Below are positions 24,383 through 32,877 of a stretch of DNA of 58,127 nt, piece by piece. Below the pieces are notes generated by a model. That model saw nothing but the letters and a program-made list of their open reading frames with translations. It did not search any database and was not told where the DNA came from. The DNA lies in the NCBI GenBank assembly GCA_049790835.1, contig JBAQZI010000147.1:1-58127 (forward strand), given 5' to 3'. The stretch is from Solirubrobacterales bacterium (GTDB lineage Bacteria > Actinomycetota > Thermoleophilia > Solirubrobacterales > 70-9). Numbering within the stretch: position 1 is the first letter of the stretch; each line of letters opens with the position of its first letter. The translations under genes were made by a program, and so were the position numbers.

Positions 24383-24399
24383 GAGTGGCTAAGGGTAGA

Positions 24400-26160
24400 T
24401 CATCGACCGGCCTCGCCCTCGCCGGCGCAACCGCTCTCAGCCCAAGCGAAGCCGACGAAGACGAGTAGATAGGCGGCTCCGATCTCCGCCACCAAGGCGC
24501 CGGAGTCGTTGGCGAGAGCGCCGACCGCGGTGGCGATGGCGGCCCCGATCAGCCCGGCCCGCATCGGTGGGTGGGGCTGCAGCCAGGCACGGAGCCGGTC
24601 ACGACGCACCGCCGCAAGCGCAACGAGAAGAGCGACGAGGGGCAGGAAGACGAAGCTGAGCGGACGCTGAAGGCTGCTGGCCGAGAGCCGGAGGCGGCGC
24701 TCGGCGACATCGCCGAGATCGCCTAGGCCACCGGCGTCCAGGACGGAGCGGGTGAGGTGGGCGTTGGCCCCCGACAGCAGGTCGCCAAGAGCCAACAGGG
24801 CCAGTGCCGCGAAGGGCACGGCGACGACCAGCAGCGCCGCCCGGCGCCTACGCGCCGCGATCGCCGCGGCCGCGGCGGCAGCCCCGACCGGCATCACGAT
24901 CGCCGCACCGACGTCGGCGCCAAAGCGCCCGGCCGCGAAGACGATGGCGGCGCAGACGCCGACGGCGACGAAGACGGCGGCGGCGGCACGAGGCGCCAGG
25001 CGCGGTGCGAACCCGGTCAGGGCCGCCCCCGTGCCAGCCACGGTCAGCACTGCCAACGGCGCCTCGAGCTCGTTGCCGATCCCGTAGAAGCGAGCCCCCA
25101 GCCCAGGATTCGGGCCCATCAGCGAGAGCGCCGTCAGCGGCGACCCGACGATCATGTCGAGCGCGCAAGCGAGCACGGTCAGCGCCGAGCCAATGGCCAG
25201 AGCCCGGTAGCCGCCGAGCAGCGCCAGCGTGGCCGCCGCCAGCGCCGGCGCGCCGAGCATCACCAAGAGCATTTCCAGCGTCTCTCCTGGCTCGAGCGCC
25301 GCTCCGACTAGAAGCACCAGTGGTACGTAGACCACCGCCAGTCCCACCACCCGGATCGCGACTCGCGCCCCGGCGGCACCCGCCAGACCAGCCGTCAGGC
25401 CGAGCACCAGGACCCAGGCCAGCAGGCTCAACCCAATCACCGGCCCCCGCCGGTCCGCCACCACCGCCATCCGCTCCCCGAGCGCGACCACCGCGGCCGG
25501 GTCGGCTTCGCCCTCAGCGCGGATCGGCTCCCCTGACATCTGCGAGGGCACCCCCATGCCCAGGCGCTCCAAGATCGTCGGCGCCACATCGGTGGCGAGG
25601 ACATAGCCGTCGAGTCGAGTGCTGTCCGAGGTCAGATTGCCGTCGTAGCCAGCCCCGGCCAACCCGATGGCCAGGCCCCGGTCCTTGGCAGGCGGCGGCC
25701 TCTCGATCGCGATCAGCAGGTCGTTCCCGCGCAGGCCCGCGACGAGGCTCCGGAGCCGGGGCACGGAAGCGGTGCGAACCTCGAACGACCTGCCCGCCCG
25801 CGCCAGCGTCTTCGCCAGCAGCCCCGGCACGATCTCGGCCGGAGCCGATTCCGCCCGCCGCAGCACCGCGGCATCGGTCACCGGGCGATCGAGCGGCACC
25901 GCCGCCGGCGGCAGGTCCGAGTCGTAGAGCGAATCGAAGACCCGGTTGCCCTGGCCGATGTCCAGGTAGGTCTGCTCCGCCGGCACCAAGCCCAGTCCCG
26001 CGCTCATCAACCCCGGCGACATCCCAGCCGCCGCCACTTCCTCCACGGAGGTCCCCTGGGGAAGCAGGACCAAGGAGACCCGGGCGCCCGCCGGCGCCGC
26101 CGCGACCAGCAGGACGACGGCCGCTATCGTGACCGCGATGGCTGATCGGACGTTCGCCAA
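24400..26160 (-). CDS. membrane protein with an N-terminal extracytoplasmic alkaline-phosphatase/sulfatase-like domain and a C-terminal polytopic domain
   Basis: Signal peptide ANVRSAIAVTIAAVVLLVAAAPAGA. GYVLATDVAPTILERLGMGVP resembles the conserved D-x-APTIL-LG motif of AP-superfamily transferases, followed by about 10 TM helices. The start is uncertain (TTG 26160 or ATG 26262). Only 17 nt from the downstream GT4-fusion gene. Confidence 0.55.
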   Translation of the reverse strand: MANVRSAIAVTIAAVVLLVAAAPAGARVSLVLLPQGTSVEEVAAAGMSPGLMSAGLGLVPAEQTYLDIGQGNRVFDSLYDSDLPPAAVPLDRPVTDAAVLRRAESAPAEIVPGLLAKTLARAGRSFEVRTASVPRLRSLVAGLRGNDLLIAIERPPPAKDRGLAIGLAGAGYDGNLTSDSTRLDGYVLATDVAPTILERLGMGVPSQMSGEPIRAEGEADPAAVVALGERMAVVADRRGPVIGLSLLAWVLVLGLTAGLAGAAGARVAIRVVGLAVVYVPLVLLVGAALEPGETLEMLLVMLGAPALAAATLALLGGYRALAIGSALTVLACALDMIVGSPLTALSLMGPNPGLGARFYGIGNELEAPLAVLTVAGTGAALTGFAPRLAPRAAAAVFVAVGVCAAIVFAAGRFGADVGAAIVMPVGAAAAAAAIAARRRRAALLVVAVPFAALALLALGDLLSGANAHLTRSVLDAGGLGDLGDVAERRLRLSASSLQRPLSFVFLPLVALLVALAAVRRDRLRAWLQPHPPMRAGLIGAAIATAVGALANDSGALVAEIGAAYLLVFVGFAWAESGCAGEGEAGR

Positions 26161-26830
26161 GTTTTCTTTCTTCAAGATCGATCCCGCCTGGCGCCGACGC
26201 GACGCCGAGCTGCGCGACGCCGATAAGCAGGAGTTCCTCGCCGCCTGCGAGGACTTCGGCATCGACCGCTCGCTGCGGGCCTACTCAACCATAGGCACGC
26301 GTGGCGACGTCGATCTCGTCCTGCTCAACCAGAGCCCCAACCTCGACGACATCCATACCTTCCACGTCGTTCTCGGCCAGAGCGGCCTGGCCAAGTGGGC
26401 CGAGACGCCCCACTCGTTCCTCTCGATGACCAAACGCTCTCCCTACTCCGAGGAGGGGGCGCGGCCGCAGATCTGCACCTCCGAGCGCAAGTACCTCTTC
26501 CTCTACCCGATGGTCAAGCAGCGTCGCTGGTACGGGCTGGCGGCGGAGGAGCGCGGGCGGATCATGAAAAGCCACATTGAGGTCGGCCGCCGCTATCCGG
26601 AGATCACGATCAACACGACTTACTCCTTCGGCATCGACGACCAGGAGTTCGTCGTCTGCTTCGAGGGCGACGACCCGGGGATGTTCCTCGACCTGGTCAA
26701 CGAGCTGCGGCCGACCGAGTCGAGCGAGTACACCGAGCGCGAGACGCCGATCTTCACCTGCGTGGCGATGTCGGTCCGCAAGGCACTCGACGCGCTCGAC
26801 GGCACCGCCACCGCGGTTTCGGTCGCGTAG
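26138..26830 (+). CDS. chdC: coproheme decarboxylase / hydrogen peroxide-dependent heme synthase (HemQ, chlorite dismutase family)
   Basis: FSFFKIDPAWRR, YLFLYPMVKQRRWY and MKSHIEVGRRYPEI.INTTYSFGIDDQEFVV are typical of actinobacterial HemQ. Confidence 0.85.
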   Translation: MADRTFAKFSFFKIDPAWRRRDAELRDADKQEFLAACEDFGIDRSLRAYSTIGTRGDVDLVLLNQSPNLDDIHTFHVVLGQSGLAKWAETPHSFLSMTKRSPYSEEGARPQICTSERKYLFLYPMVKQRRWYGLAAEERGRIMKSHIEVGRRYPEITINTTYSFGIDDQEFVVCFEGDDPGMFLDLVNELRPTESSEYTERETPIFTCVAMSVRKALDALDGTATAVSVA

Positions 26831-26868
26831 TCGCTCCGCTTCCCGAATTCCCTATTCTTCCGCGTCCA

Positions 26869-28275
26869 ATGAGCAAGATCGGCAGCCCCGAGAACCCACT
26901 TCGCGTCGCCATCGTCGGCGCCGGCCCGTCCGGCTTCTACGCCGCCGAGCACATCCTCAAGGGCGAGGACCTGCACGCCCAGGTCGACCTCTTCGACCGC
27001 CTCCCCACCCCCTTCGGCCTCGTCCGCGGCGGCGTCGCGCCCGACCACCCGAAGATCAAGTCGGTCACCCGGGTTTATGAAAAAACCGCCGCCCGCGAGG
27101 GATTCCGCTTCTTCGGCAACGTCAAGATCAGCCACGACCTCGAGGTCGAGGACCTGGAACGGCTCTACCACGCGATCGTCTTCACGGTCGGCTGCGAGAC
27201 CGACCGCCAGCTCGGCGTGCCCGGCGAGGAGCTGCCGGGCAGCGCCGCCGCGACCGCCTTCGTCGGCTGGTACAACGCCCATCCCGACTACGCCGACCAT
27301 GACTTCGACCTCTCCAGCGAGCGCGCGGTGGTGATCGGCAACGGCAACGTGGCGATGGACGTCGCCCGGATGCTGGCCCTGACCGACCACGAGCTGCGCC
27401 AGACCGATACCGCCGACCACGCGATCGAGCTGCTCGACGCGAGGAAGATCCGCGAGATCGTCGTGCTCGGCCGCCGCGGACCGGTGCAGGCGGCCTTCAC
27501 CAACCCCGAGATCAAGGAGCTGGGCGAGATGGAGGACGCCGACGTGATCGTCGATCCCGCCGAGGTCGAGCTCGATCCCGCCAGCGCCGCCTTCCTCGAA
27601 TCCGACGAGGTCGACAAGACGACCCGGGTCAACGTCGAGACCCTGCGCGAGTTCTCCCAGCGCACGCCAGAGGGCAAGCGCCAGCGGATCGTCCTCCGCT
27701 TCCTCGCCTCGCCGGTCGAGATCAAAGGCGACGGCAAGGTCGAAAGCATCGTCATCGGCCGCAACGAACTGGTCGAGGAAGGCGGCACGCTGCGGGCCAA
27801 GGACACCGGCGAGCGCGAAGAGCTCGAGTGCGGCCTGATCCTGCGTTCGGTCGGCTACACCGGCATCCCGATCGAGGGCGTCCCCTTCGACGAGAAGCGC
27901 GGGCTGATCCTCAACGAGGGCGGCCGCGTGCTCGACTCCCACGACTCCGGCCACAAAGTCGGTCATTACACCGCCGGCTGGATCAAGCGCGGCCCCTCAG
28001 GCGTCATCGGCACCAACAAGAAAGACGCCCTGGAGACCGTCACCCACCTGCTCGACGACGTCGAGTCGCAGACCCTGCTGGCGCCGGAGAATCCGGATCC
28101 CGCCGCCGTCGAGGCACTGCTGACCGAGCGCGGCACCCGCTACGTCAGCTTCGAGGACTGGCAGGCGATCGACCAGGCCGAGGTCGGCCGCGGCGAGCCC
28201 CACGGCCGTCCCCGCGTCAAGTTCGTCAGGGTCGAGGAGATGCTCGACACCCTCGGCGAGAAGCTCCCGGGCTAG
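26869..28275 (+). CDS. fprA: NADPH-ferredoxin reductase (FprA / adrenodoxin reductase type)
   Basis: VAIVGAGPSGFYAA, GLVRGGVAPDHPKIK, VIGNGNVAMDVAR and GWIKRGPSGVIGTNK. Confidence 0.85.
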   Translation: MSKIGSPENPLRVAIVGAGPSGFYAAEHILKGEDLHAQVDLFDRLPTPFGLVRGGVAPDHPKIKSVTRVYEKTAAREGFRFFGNVKISHDLEVEDLERLYHAIVFTVGCETDRQLGVPGEELPGSAAATAFVGWYNAHPDYADHDFDLSSERAVVIGNGNVAMDVARMLALTDHELRQTDTADHAIELLDARKIREIVVLGRRGPVQAAFTNPEIKELGEMEDADVIVDPAEVELDPASAAFLESDEVDKTTRVNVETLREFSQRTPEGKRQRIVLRFLASPVEIKGDGKVESIVIGRNELVEEGGTLRAKDTGEREELECGLILRSVGYTGIPIEGVPFDEKRGLILNEGGRVLDSHDSGHKVGHYTAGWIKRGPSGVIGTNKKDALETVTHLLDDVESQTLLAPENPDPAAVEALLTERGTRYVSFEDWQAIDQAEVGRGEPHGRPRVKFVRVEEMLDTLGEKLPG

Positions 28276-28280
28276 AGCCC

Positions 28281-28517
28281 ATGGCCGCGGACCTGGCAGA
28301 GTTGAAGGGAATGATCGAGTCGGCGCTGCCCGGCGCCGAGGTCGAGGTCAGCGACGAAACCGGGACCGGCGACCACCTGCGGGCGGTCGTCAACGCCGCC
28401 CAGTTCGAGGGCCTCTCGCGGATCGACCAGCACCGCCTGGTCAAGGCCGCGGTCAAAGAGCGCTTCGACGACGGCACGATCCACGCGCTGTCGGTCAAGA
28501 CCAGCGTCACCGGCTGA
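28281..28517 (+). CDS. BolA-family protein
   Basis: 78 aa: EVEVSDETGTGDHLRAVVNAAQFEGLSRIDQHRLV...IHALSVKT. Confidence 0.75.
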   Translation: MAADLAELKGMIESALPGAEVEVSDETGTGDHLRAVVNAAQFEGLSRIDQHRLVKAAVKERFDDGTIHALSVKTSVTG

Positions 28518-28605
28518 CGGCGACAGCCGTCCGCCGATCACCGCTGGCGGCGATGATCGGCCTGCTCGCCACCCAGCTCTGAGCCGACGAGCGCCGCTCC
28601 ATACA

Positions 28606-29001
28606 ATGTGGGCCATGGCCGACCCAGAGTTGAAATCCAAAGTCCAGGAGCTGATCGCCGCCAACCCGGTGCTGCTCTTCATGAAAGGGACCCCGGAGAC
28701 GCCGCGCTGCGGCTTCTCGGCGCGCGTCGTCCAGGTCCTCGACCAGGTCGACGTCGAGTACGGCGCGATCGACGTGCTGCCGGCGCTGCAGCCGCTGCGC
28801 GAAGTCACCGCCGAGCTCTCCGACTGGCAGACCTTCCCCCAGCTCTACGTCAACGGCCAGCTGCTCGGCGGGGCCGACATCGTCGAGGAGATGTTCGAGT
28901 CCGGCGAACTCGCCGAAGCGCTCGGCGTCGAGCAGCCCGAAGTCACCGCGGTACCCCCTGAGGGCCCGCCGGCGCAGTCCCCGCCACTGCAGATCGAATA
29001 G
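28606..29001 (+). CDS. monothiol glutaredoxin (Grx4/GrxD family, CGFS active site)
   Basis: PVLLFMKGTPETPRCGFS and WQTFPQLYVNGQLLGGADIV. Confidence 0.85.
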   Translation: MWAMADPELKSKVQELIAANPVLLFMKGTPETPRCGFSARVVQVLDQVDVEYGAIDVLPALQPLREVTAELSDWQTFPQLYVNGQLLGGADIVEEMFESGELAEALGVEQPEVTAVPPEGPPAQSPPLQIE

Positions 29002-29028
29002 CCCCAGCGCCGCTCGCGCTAAGAGGGA

Positions 29029-29403
29029 CTAAACCGCGGCGGCAGCCTCGGCGTCGTCTTTGACCTGGAAGGACGATCCACAGCCGCAGGCCGCAACTAC
29101 GTTCGGGTTATTGACCTGGAAGCCCGCCCCCTGAAGCCCTTCCACGTAATCGACCTCCGAGCCGAAGACGAACTGCATGCTGACCTTGTCGACGACGACG
29201 GCGACGCCATCGACCTCGAAGACGTTGTCGTCGTCCTTGGGCTTGTCGAAGGCGAGCGCGTACTGGAAGCCGGAGCAGCCGCCGCCGCGAACCGCGACGC
29301 GAAGGGCCTGCTCGGCGCCCTCGGGCTGTCCACCGAGCAGCTCGCCGATCTTCTCGGCGGCCTTGTCGGTAAGGGTGATCGCGGCGTTTGGGGTATCCGT
29401 CAC
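29029..29403 (-). CDS. Fe-S cluster insertion protein (ErpA/IscA/HesB family)
   Basis: LRVAVRGGGCSGFQY and the C-terminal CGCGSSF motif. Confidence 0.85.
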   Translation of the reverse strand: MTDTPNAAITLTDKAAEKIGELLGGQPEGAEQALRVAVRGGGCSGFQYALAFDKPKDDDNVFEVDGVAVVVDKVSMQFVFGSEVDYVEGLQGAGFQVNNPNVVAACGCGSSFQVKDDAEAAAAV

Positions 29404-29438
29404 TTCACAAAGTGTAGCTGGGCAGCGGCGGCAGCTCC

Positions 29439-30350
29439 ATGCGCGGTCGGTCTGCGAGAATCGCCGAGTTGAATTCGAGCGCCCAGACGGCCGTCGTCTG
29501 TGACACCACCGCCTACCTTCCCTGTGACCTGGTCAAGGAGCGGGGCATCGAGACGATCAGCCTTTACGTCTCGGTCGATGGTCAGCAGGAGCGCGAGCGG
29601 GAGATCTCCGACTACGCCGCCTTCTATGAGCGGCTGCGAGCCTCCGAGAGCGGCGCCACCACTTCCCAGCCCTCGATCGGGGACTTCATCTCCGTCTACG
29701 AGCCGCTGCTCGCGGCCGGCGGGGAGATCGTCTCGATCCACATCTCCGCCGGCATCTCCGGAACCTACGAGGCGGCCAACCAGGCGCGCCAGCGGCTGAT
29801 CGACGAAGACAAGGGCGGGGAGCGCATCCACGTCATGGACTCACGCTCGGCGGCGGGGGGCATGGGCCTTGCCGTCCTCGGCGCCTCGGCGGCGGCGATC
29901 GAGGGCGGCGATGCCGCGACCTGTCTCGCTCGTGCCGAGAAGACCCGGCAAGAGCTGAAGATGTGGTTCGCGATCGACACTCTCGAGTACCTGCGCCGCG
30001 GCGGCCGCATCGGCGGCGCCCGCGCCTGGATCGGCAGCGCCCTGAAGATCAAGCCGATCCTCACGCTCGAGGAGGAGATCACCCCGGTTGAGCGGGTCCG
30101 CACCCGCGCCCGCTCGCTCGAGCGGTTGCGCGACTACGCCCGCCAGCGTCATGAGCAGGGCGCCGACGGCTGGGTCGTCCAGTACATCCAGGACGAGGAG
30201 ACTGCCAACGGCCTGATCGACGATGGCCGCGAGATCTTCGGTTGCGAGCCGGTCTTCGTCTCCGAGATCGGTGCCGTGCTCGGTGCGCACGTGGGCCCGG
30301 GGCTGCTCGGCATCGGCAGCGTGCCGACCGAGTTGGTTCAGCCGCGCTAG
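29439..30350 (+). CDS. DegV-family fatty-acid-binding protein
   Basis: VVCDTTAYLP, TTSQPSIGDF, SIHISAGISGTYEAA and FAIDTLEYLRRGGRIG. The start may be a later TTG. Confidence 0.8.
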   Translation: MRGRSARIAELNSSAQTAVVCDTTAYLPCDLVKERGIETISLYVSVDGQQEREREISDYAAFYERLRASESGATTSQPSIGDFISVYEPLLAAGGEIVSIHISAGISGTYEAANQARQRLIDEDKGGERIHVMDSRSAAGGMGLAVLGASAAAIEGGDAATCLARAEKTRQELKMWFAIDTLEYLRRGGRIGGARAWIGSALKIKPILTLEEEITPVERVRTRARSLERLRDYARQRHEQGADGWVVQYIQDEETANGLIDDGREIFGCEPVFVSEIGAVLGAHVGPGLLGIGSVPTELVQPR

Positions 30351-30592
30351 CGGCGGCGCTTCAGCATCGCCCGAACGCCGATCGCGAATCCCACGACGGC
30401 GGCGGCGGCGATCAGCTGCGTGCGGTGCTCGTCGACCTGACGGCGCCAGTCGGTCAGCTCGGTGACCCGGCCGCGCAGCGCTTCGACGGAGCTGCCCAGC
30501 TGCACGCGCTGGATGTCGATGTCGCGGCGTATCTCGGCCGCGGAGCGGCCGGGCATCCCGGCGGTCGCGGGGCGGGTGGGGTCGACGCTCAT
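30347..30592 (-). CDS. DUF3618-like small protein (C-terminal TM)
   Basis: 81 aa: RSAAEIRRDIDIQRVQLGSSVEALRGRV..., then a TM segment and KRRR. ATGA overlap with the holin-X gene. Confidence 0.6.
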   Translation of the reverse strand: MSVDPTRPATAGMPGRSAAEIRRDIDIQRVQLGSSVEALRGRVTELTDWRRQVDEHRTQLIAAAAVVGFAIGVRAMLKRRR

Positions 30593-31110
30593 TTCCCGCC
30601 TCCTTTGACGACGCTGTGCTGGACGTTCTCGGCGGTGCTCTCGGCCTCGCGCTCGAACATCGTCTTGGTCAGCTTCGCCTCTTCGATCGCCTGCTCGGGA
30701 ACCGGCGGCGAGCCGGCCTTGACGGCCTTGTAGGCGATCGCGCCGGCGGCGGCCGCGATCAGCAGGAAGACGGCGGCCTCGATGAAGAAGCCGGGCCAGG
30801 CCTTGCCGTCGAAGACCTCTTCGTTGAGCAGCCAGGCGATTCCCTCCATGACCAAGATCAGAGCGAGGAAGGCGAAGACTCCGGCGGCGATTCCGACGAC
30901 CGAGCCGCGCAGCAACTTGCCGACTTTTTCGGTCACCTCGGCCTTGGCGAGCTCGAGCTCCTCGCGGATCAGCGAAGAGGTGCCCTGAGAGACGTCGAAG
31001 ACGAGGTCGGCGACCGACTTCTCGTCCGCGGCGGGGCCCGGCGGCGTCTGCGGCGGACTCGGGGGGACCGGCGGTGGCGTCGTCGGTGGCGTCTGGCTCG
31101 GGTCGGGCAT
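30589..31110 (-). CDS. actinobacterial Holin-X family (holin superfamily III-like) membrane protein
   Basis: Pro-rich N-terminus, LIREELELAKAEVTEKV amphipathic helix and 2 TM segments. AGGAGG RBS. Confidence 0.6.
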   Translation of the reverse strand: MPDPSQTPPTTPPPVPPSPPQTPPGPAADEKSVADLVFDVSQGTSSLIREELELAKAEVTEKVGKLLRGSVVGIAAGVFAFLALILVMEGIAWLLNEEVFDGKAWPGFFIEAAVFLLIAAAAGAIAYKAVKAGSPPVPEQAIEEAKLTKTMFEREAESTAENVQHSVVKGGGK

Positions 31111-31118
31111 GGTTCCTC

Positions 31119-31253
31119 CTACTCGGGCGGATCTTCGTCGAAGACGCGGCGCCAGACGATCGCGGCGATGCGTGCCGCGGCGATGCTGGCGAGGGCGCTG
31201 CTGCCGGCAAGCACCCCACTCCAGAGCAATCTTTTGACCATCTCGTTGTCCAT
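31119..31253 (-). CDS. unannotated 44-aa membrane peptide (DUF4235-like N-terminal half)
   Basis: Own translation: MDNEMVKRLLWSGVLAGSSALASIAAARIAAIVWRRVFDEDPPE. The stop TAG lies immediately before the AGGAGG of the holin-X gene. Too short for the ORF track. Confidence 0.4.
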   Translation of the reverse strand: MDNEMVKRLLWSGVLAGSSALASIAAARIAAIVWRRVFDEDPPE

Positions 31254-31272
31254 ACCCAGTTCGCGACCTTAC

Positions 31273-31872
31273 CTATCGCGGCTCGAGCCCGTCGCAGATC
31301 GTCGTCACCACAAGTTCCTTGGCCTGGTCGAAGTCCGTGTCGGAGGCGGGGATGACGTCGAAGATCCAGCCCGAGAGCAGCTGCTCGATGGCGCCATAGA
31401 AGGACATCGAGGCGAACATCGGCGCGACGTCGTCGCGGAAGGCGCCCGCCTTCTGCCCGTCCTCGACGATCTTGGCGATCGACTGGTAGGCGCGGCGGAT
31501 CTCCGGCAGGTGAGTGCGCCCGAAGGAGTTGGCGGCGCGGGTGACCTCGACGATGATCACCTTCATCAGTTCCGGGTCGTGGCGGTAGGAGTCGACGATG
31601 AAGGCCGCCACCGCGGCCATCTTCTCGCGCGGCGTCCCCCCCGTCCGGTCGGTCTCGTCGATCGCGCTGAGCAGCAACGACCAGCGCTCGACGAAGAGCT
31701 CGTTCAGCACCTCGTCCTTGGAGCGGAAGTAGTGGTAGACGAGCCCGTAGGCGACGCCGGCCTCGTCGGCGATGTCGGAGACCCGGGTCGCGTGGAAGCC
31801 CTGGCGGGCGAAGACGCGGATCGCCGCGTCGAGGATCTGGCGGCGCTTGTCGACCGGTGGAGCCTTCGCCAT
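31273..31872 (-). CDS. TetR-family transcriptional regulator
   Basis: Internal start MAKAPPVDKRRQILDAAIRVFARQGFHATRVSDIADEAGVAYGLVYHYFRSK (classic TetR HTH). TGATG overlap with the upstream gene. Confidence 0.85.
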   Translation of the reverse strand: MAKAPPVDKRRQILDAAIRVFARQGFHATRVSDIADEAGVAYGLVYHYFRSKDEVLNELFVERWSLLLSAIDETDRTGGTPREKMAAVAAFIVDSYRHDPELMKVIIVEVTRAANSFGRTHLPEIRRAYQSIAKIVEDGQKAGAFRDDVAPMFASMSFYGAIEQLLSGWIFDVIPASDTDFDQAKELVVTTICDGLEPR

Positions 31873-32705
31873 CAGGCTCGCGCCTCCGCCAGCTGTGGCC
31901 AGGTGTAGGCGCGGGGGCGGCGGTTGACCAGTGAGGGCAGCTCCTCGCGGACGCGATCCTGCGCCGCCAGGTCGAGCTCGGCGGCGACGAAGCACTCCTC
32001 CTCGGGCGCCAGCGCCAGCACCGTCCCCCAGGGATCGACGATCGCCGAGTGGCCGAAGGAGTTGAAGTGTGGGGCCGCCGCGCCGACCTGATTGGGCGCC
32101 AGTACGAAGGCCTGGTTCTCGATCGCCCGTGCCCGCAGCAGCACCTCCCAGTGATCGCGGCCGGTGGCCGCGGTGAAGGCGGAGGGCACGGTGAGGATGC
32201 GGGCGCCGCGCAGGGCGAGGATGCGGAAGAGCTCCGGGAAGCGCAGGTCGTAGCAGACGCTGAGGCCGGCGACGAGCTCGCCGACCGGGGCGGTGACGAT
32301 CTCCTGGCCCGGCTGCTCGTGCTCGGACTCGCGGTAGGAGACGCCGCCGGCGTCGACGTCGAACATGTGGATCTTGCGATAGACGGCGAGGTCCTCGCCC
32401 CCGGGGCCGATCAGGACCGAGGTGTTCGAGGCGAGCTCGGCCTCGCCACGCTCGGCGATGCTGCCGGCGAGCAGGTGGATCCCGAGATCGCGCGCCCAGG
32501 CACGGGCGGCGCTGAGGCTGGGCCCGTCGAGCCCCTCCGCCCCGGCCACCAGCTCCTCCCCCGCCGCCAGCAGGTTCCACTTCTCCGGCAGCGCGACGAG
32601 CTCGGCGCCGTCAGCGGCAGCGGCGCGCACGAGGCGCTCGGCCACGGCGAGGTTCCGGGCCTTGTCTGCGCTCGAGTTGAGCTGTACCGCGGCTGCTCGC
32701 AACAA
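31872..32705 (-). CDS. carbon-nitrogen hydrolase (nitrilase superfamily, Nit1/Nit2-like amidase)
   Basis: LPEKW, YRKIHMFD and SVCYDLRFPELFR (catalytic E-K-C). The start is probably TTG 32705/32702 after GGAGGA. The track start is 32744. Confidence 0.8.
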   Translation of the reverse strand: MLRAAAVQLNSSADKARNLAVAERLVRAAAADGAELVALPEKWNLLAAGEELVAGAEGLDGPSLSAARAWARDLGIHLLAGSIAERGEAELASNTSVLIGPGGEDLAVYRKIHMFDVDAGGVSYRESEHEQPGQEIVTAPVGELVAGLSVCYDLRFPELFRILALRGARILTVPSAFTAATGRDHWEVLLRARAIENQAFVLAPNQVGAAAPHFNSFGHSAIVDPWGTVLALAPEEECFVAAELDLAAQDRVREELPSLVNRRPRAYTWPQLAEARA

Positions 32706-32730
32706 CTTCCTCCAAGGTCGGACGCTGGCT

Positions 32731-32746
32731 GATTGACCAGTCAATC
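32731..32746. promoter_or_regulatory. palindrome GATTGAC-CA-GTCAATC (candidate TetR operator of the nitrilase-TetR operon)
   Basis: Perfect 7-nt arms about 25 nt upstream of the likely nitrilase start. Confidence 0.4.
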
Positions 32747-32799
32747 GGCTCGCTCAGTATAGGACGGGATCGTGCGCCCCCGAACCGGGGTCGAGCCTA

Positions 32800-32846
32800 T
32801 TGCGGCAGTCCTTTGGGCCGTATAGCGACCGAAAGGACTGCCGCAA
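32800..32846. promoter_or_regulatory. 47-nt hairpin TTGCGGCAGTCCTTT-N17-AAAGGACTGCCGCAA in the divergent intergenic region
   Basis: Perfect 15-nt arms (32800-32814 and 32832-32846), upstream of the cyclase GTG 32878. Confidence 0.6.
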
Positions 32847-32877
32847 CCCGGGAAAAGACCGGCGTAAGCTAGATCGG

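Noticed and set aside
30589-31110. A holin gene as evidence of a prophage or lysis cassette.
   Set aside because: No endolysin, terminase, capsid, tail or integrase genes are nearby. The Holin-X family is widespread in non-phage contexts in Actinomycetota.
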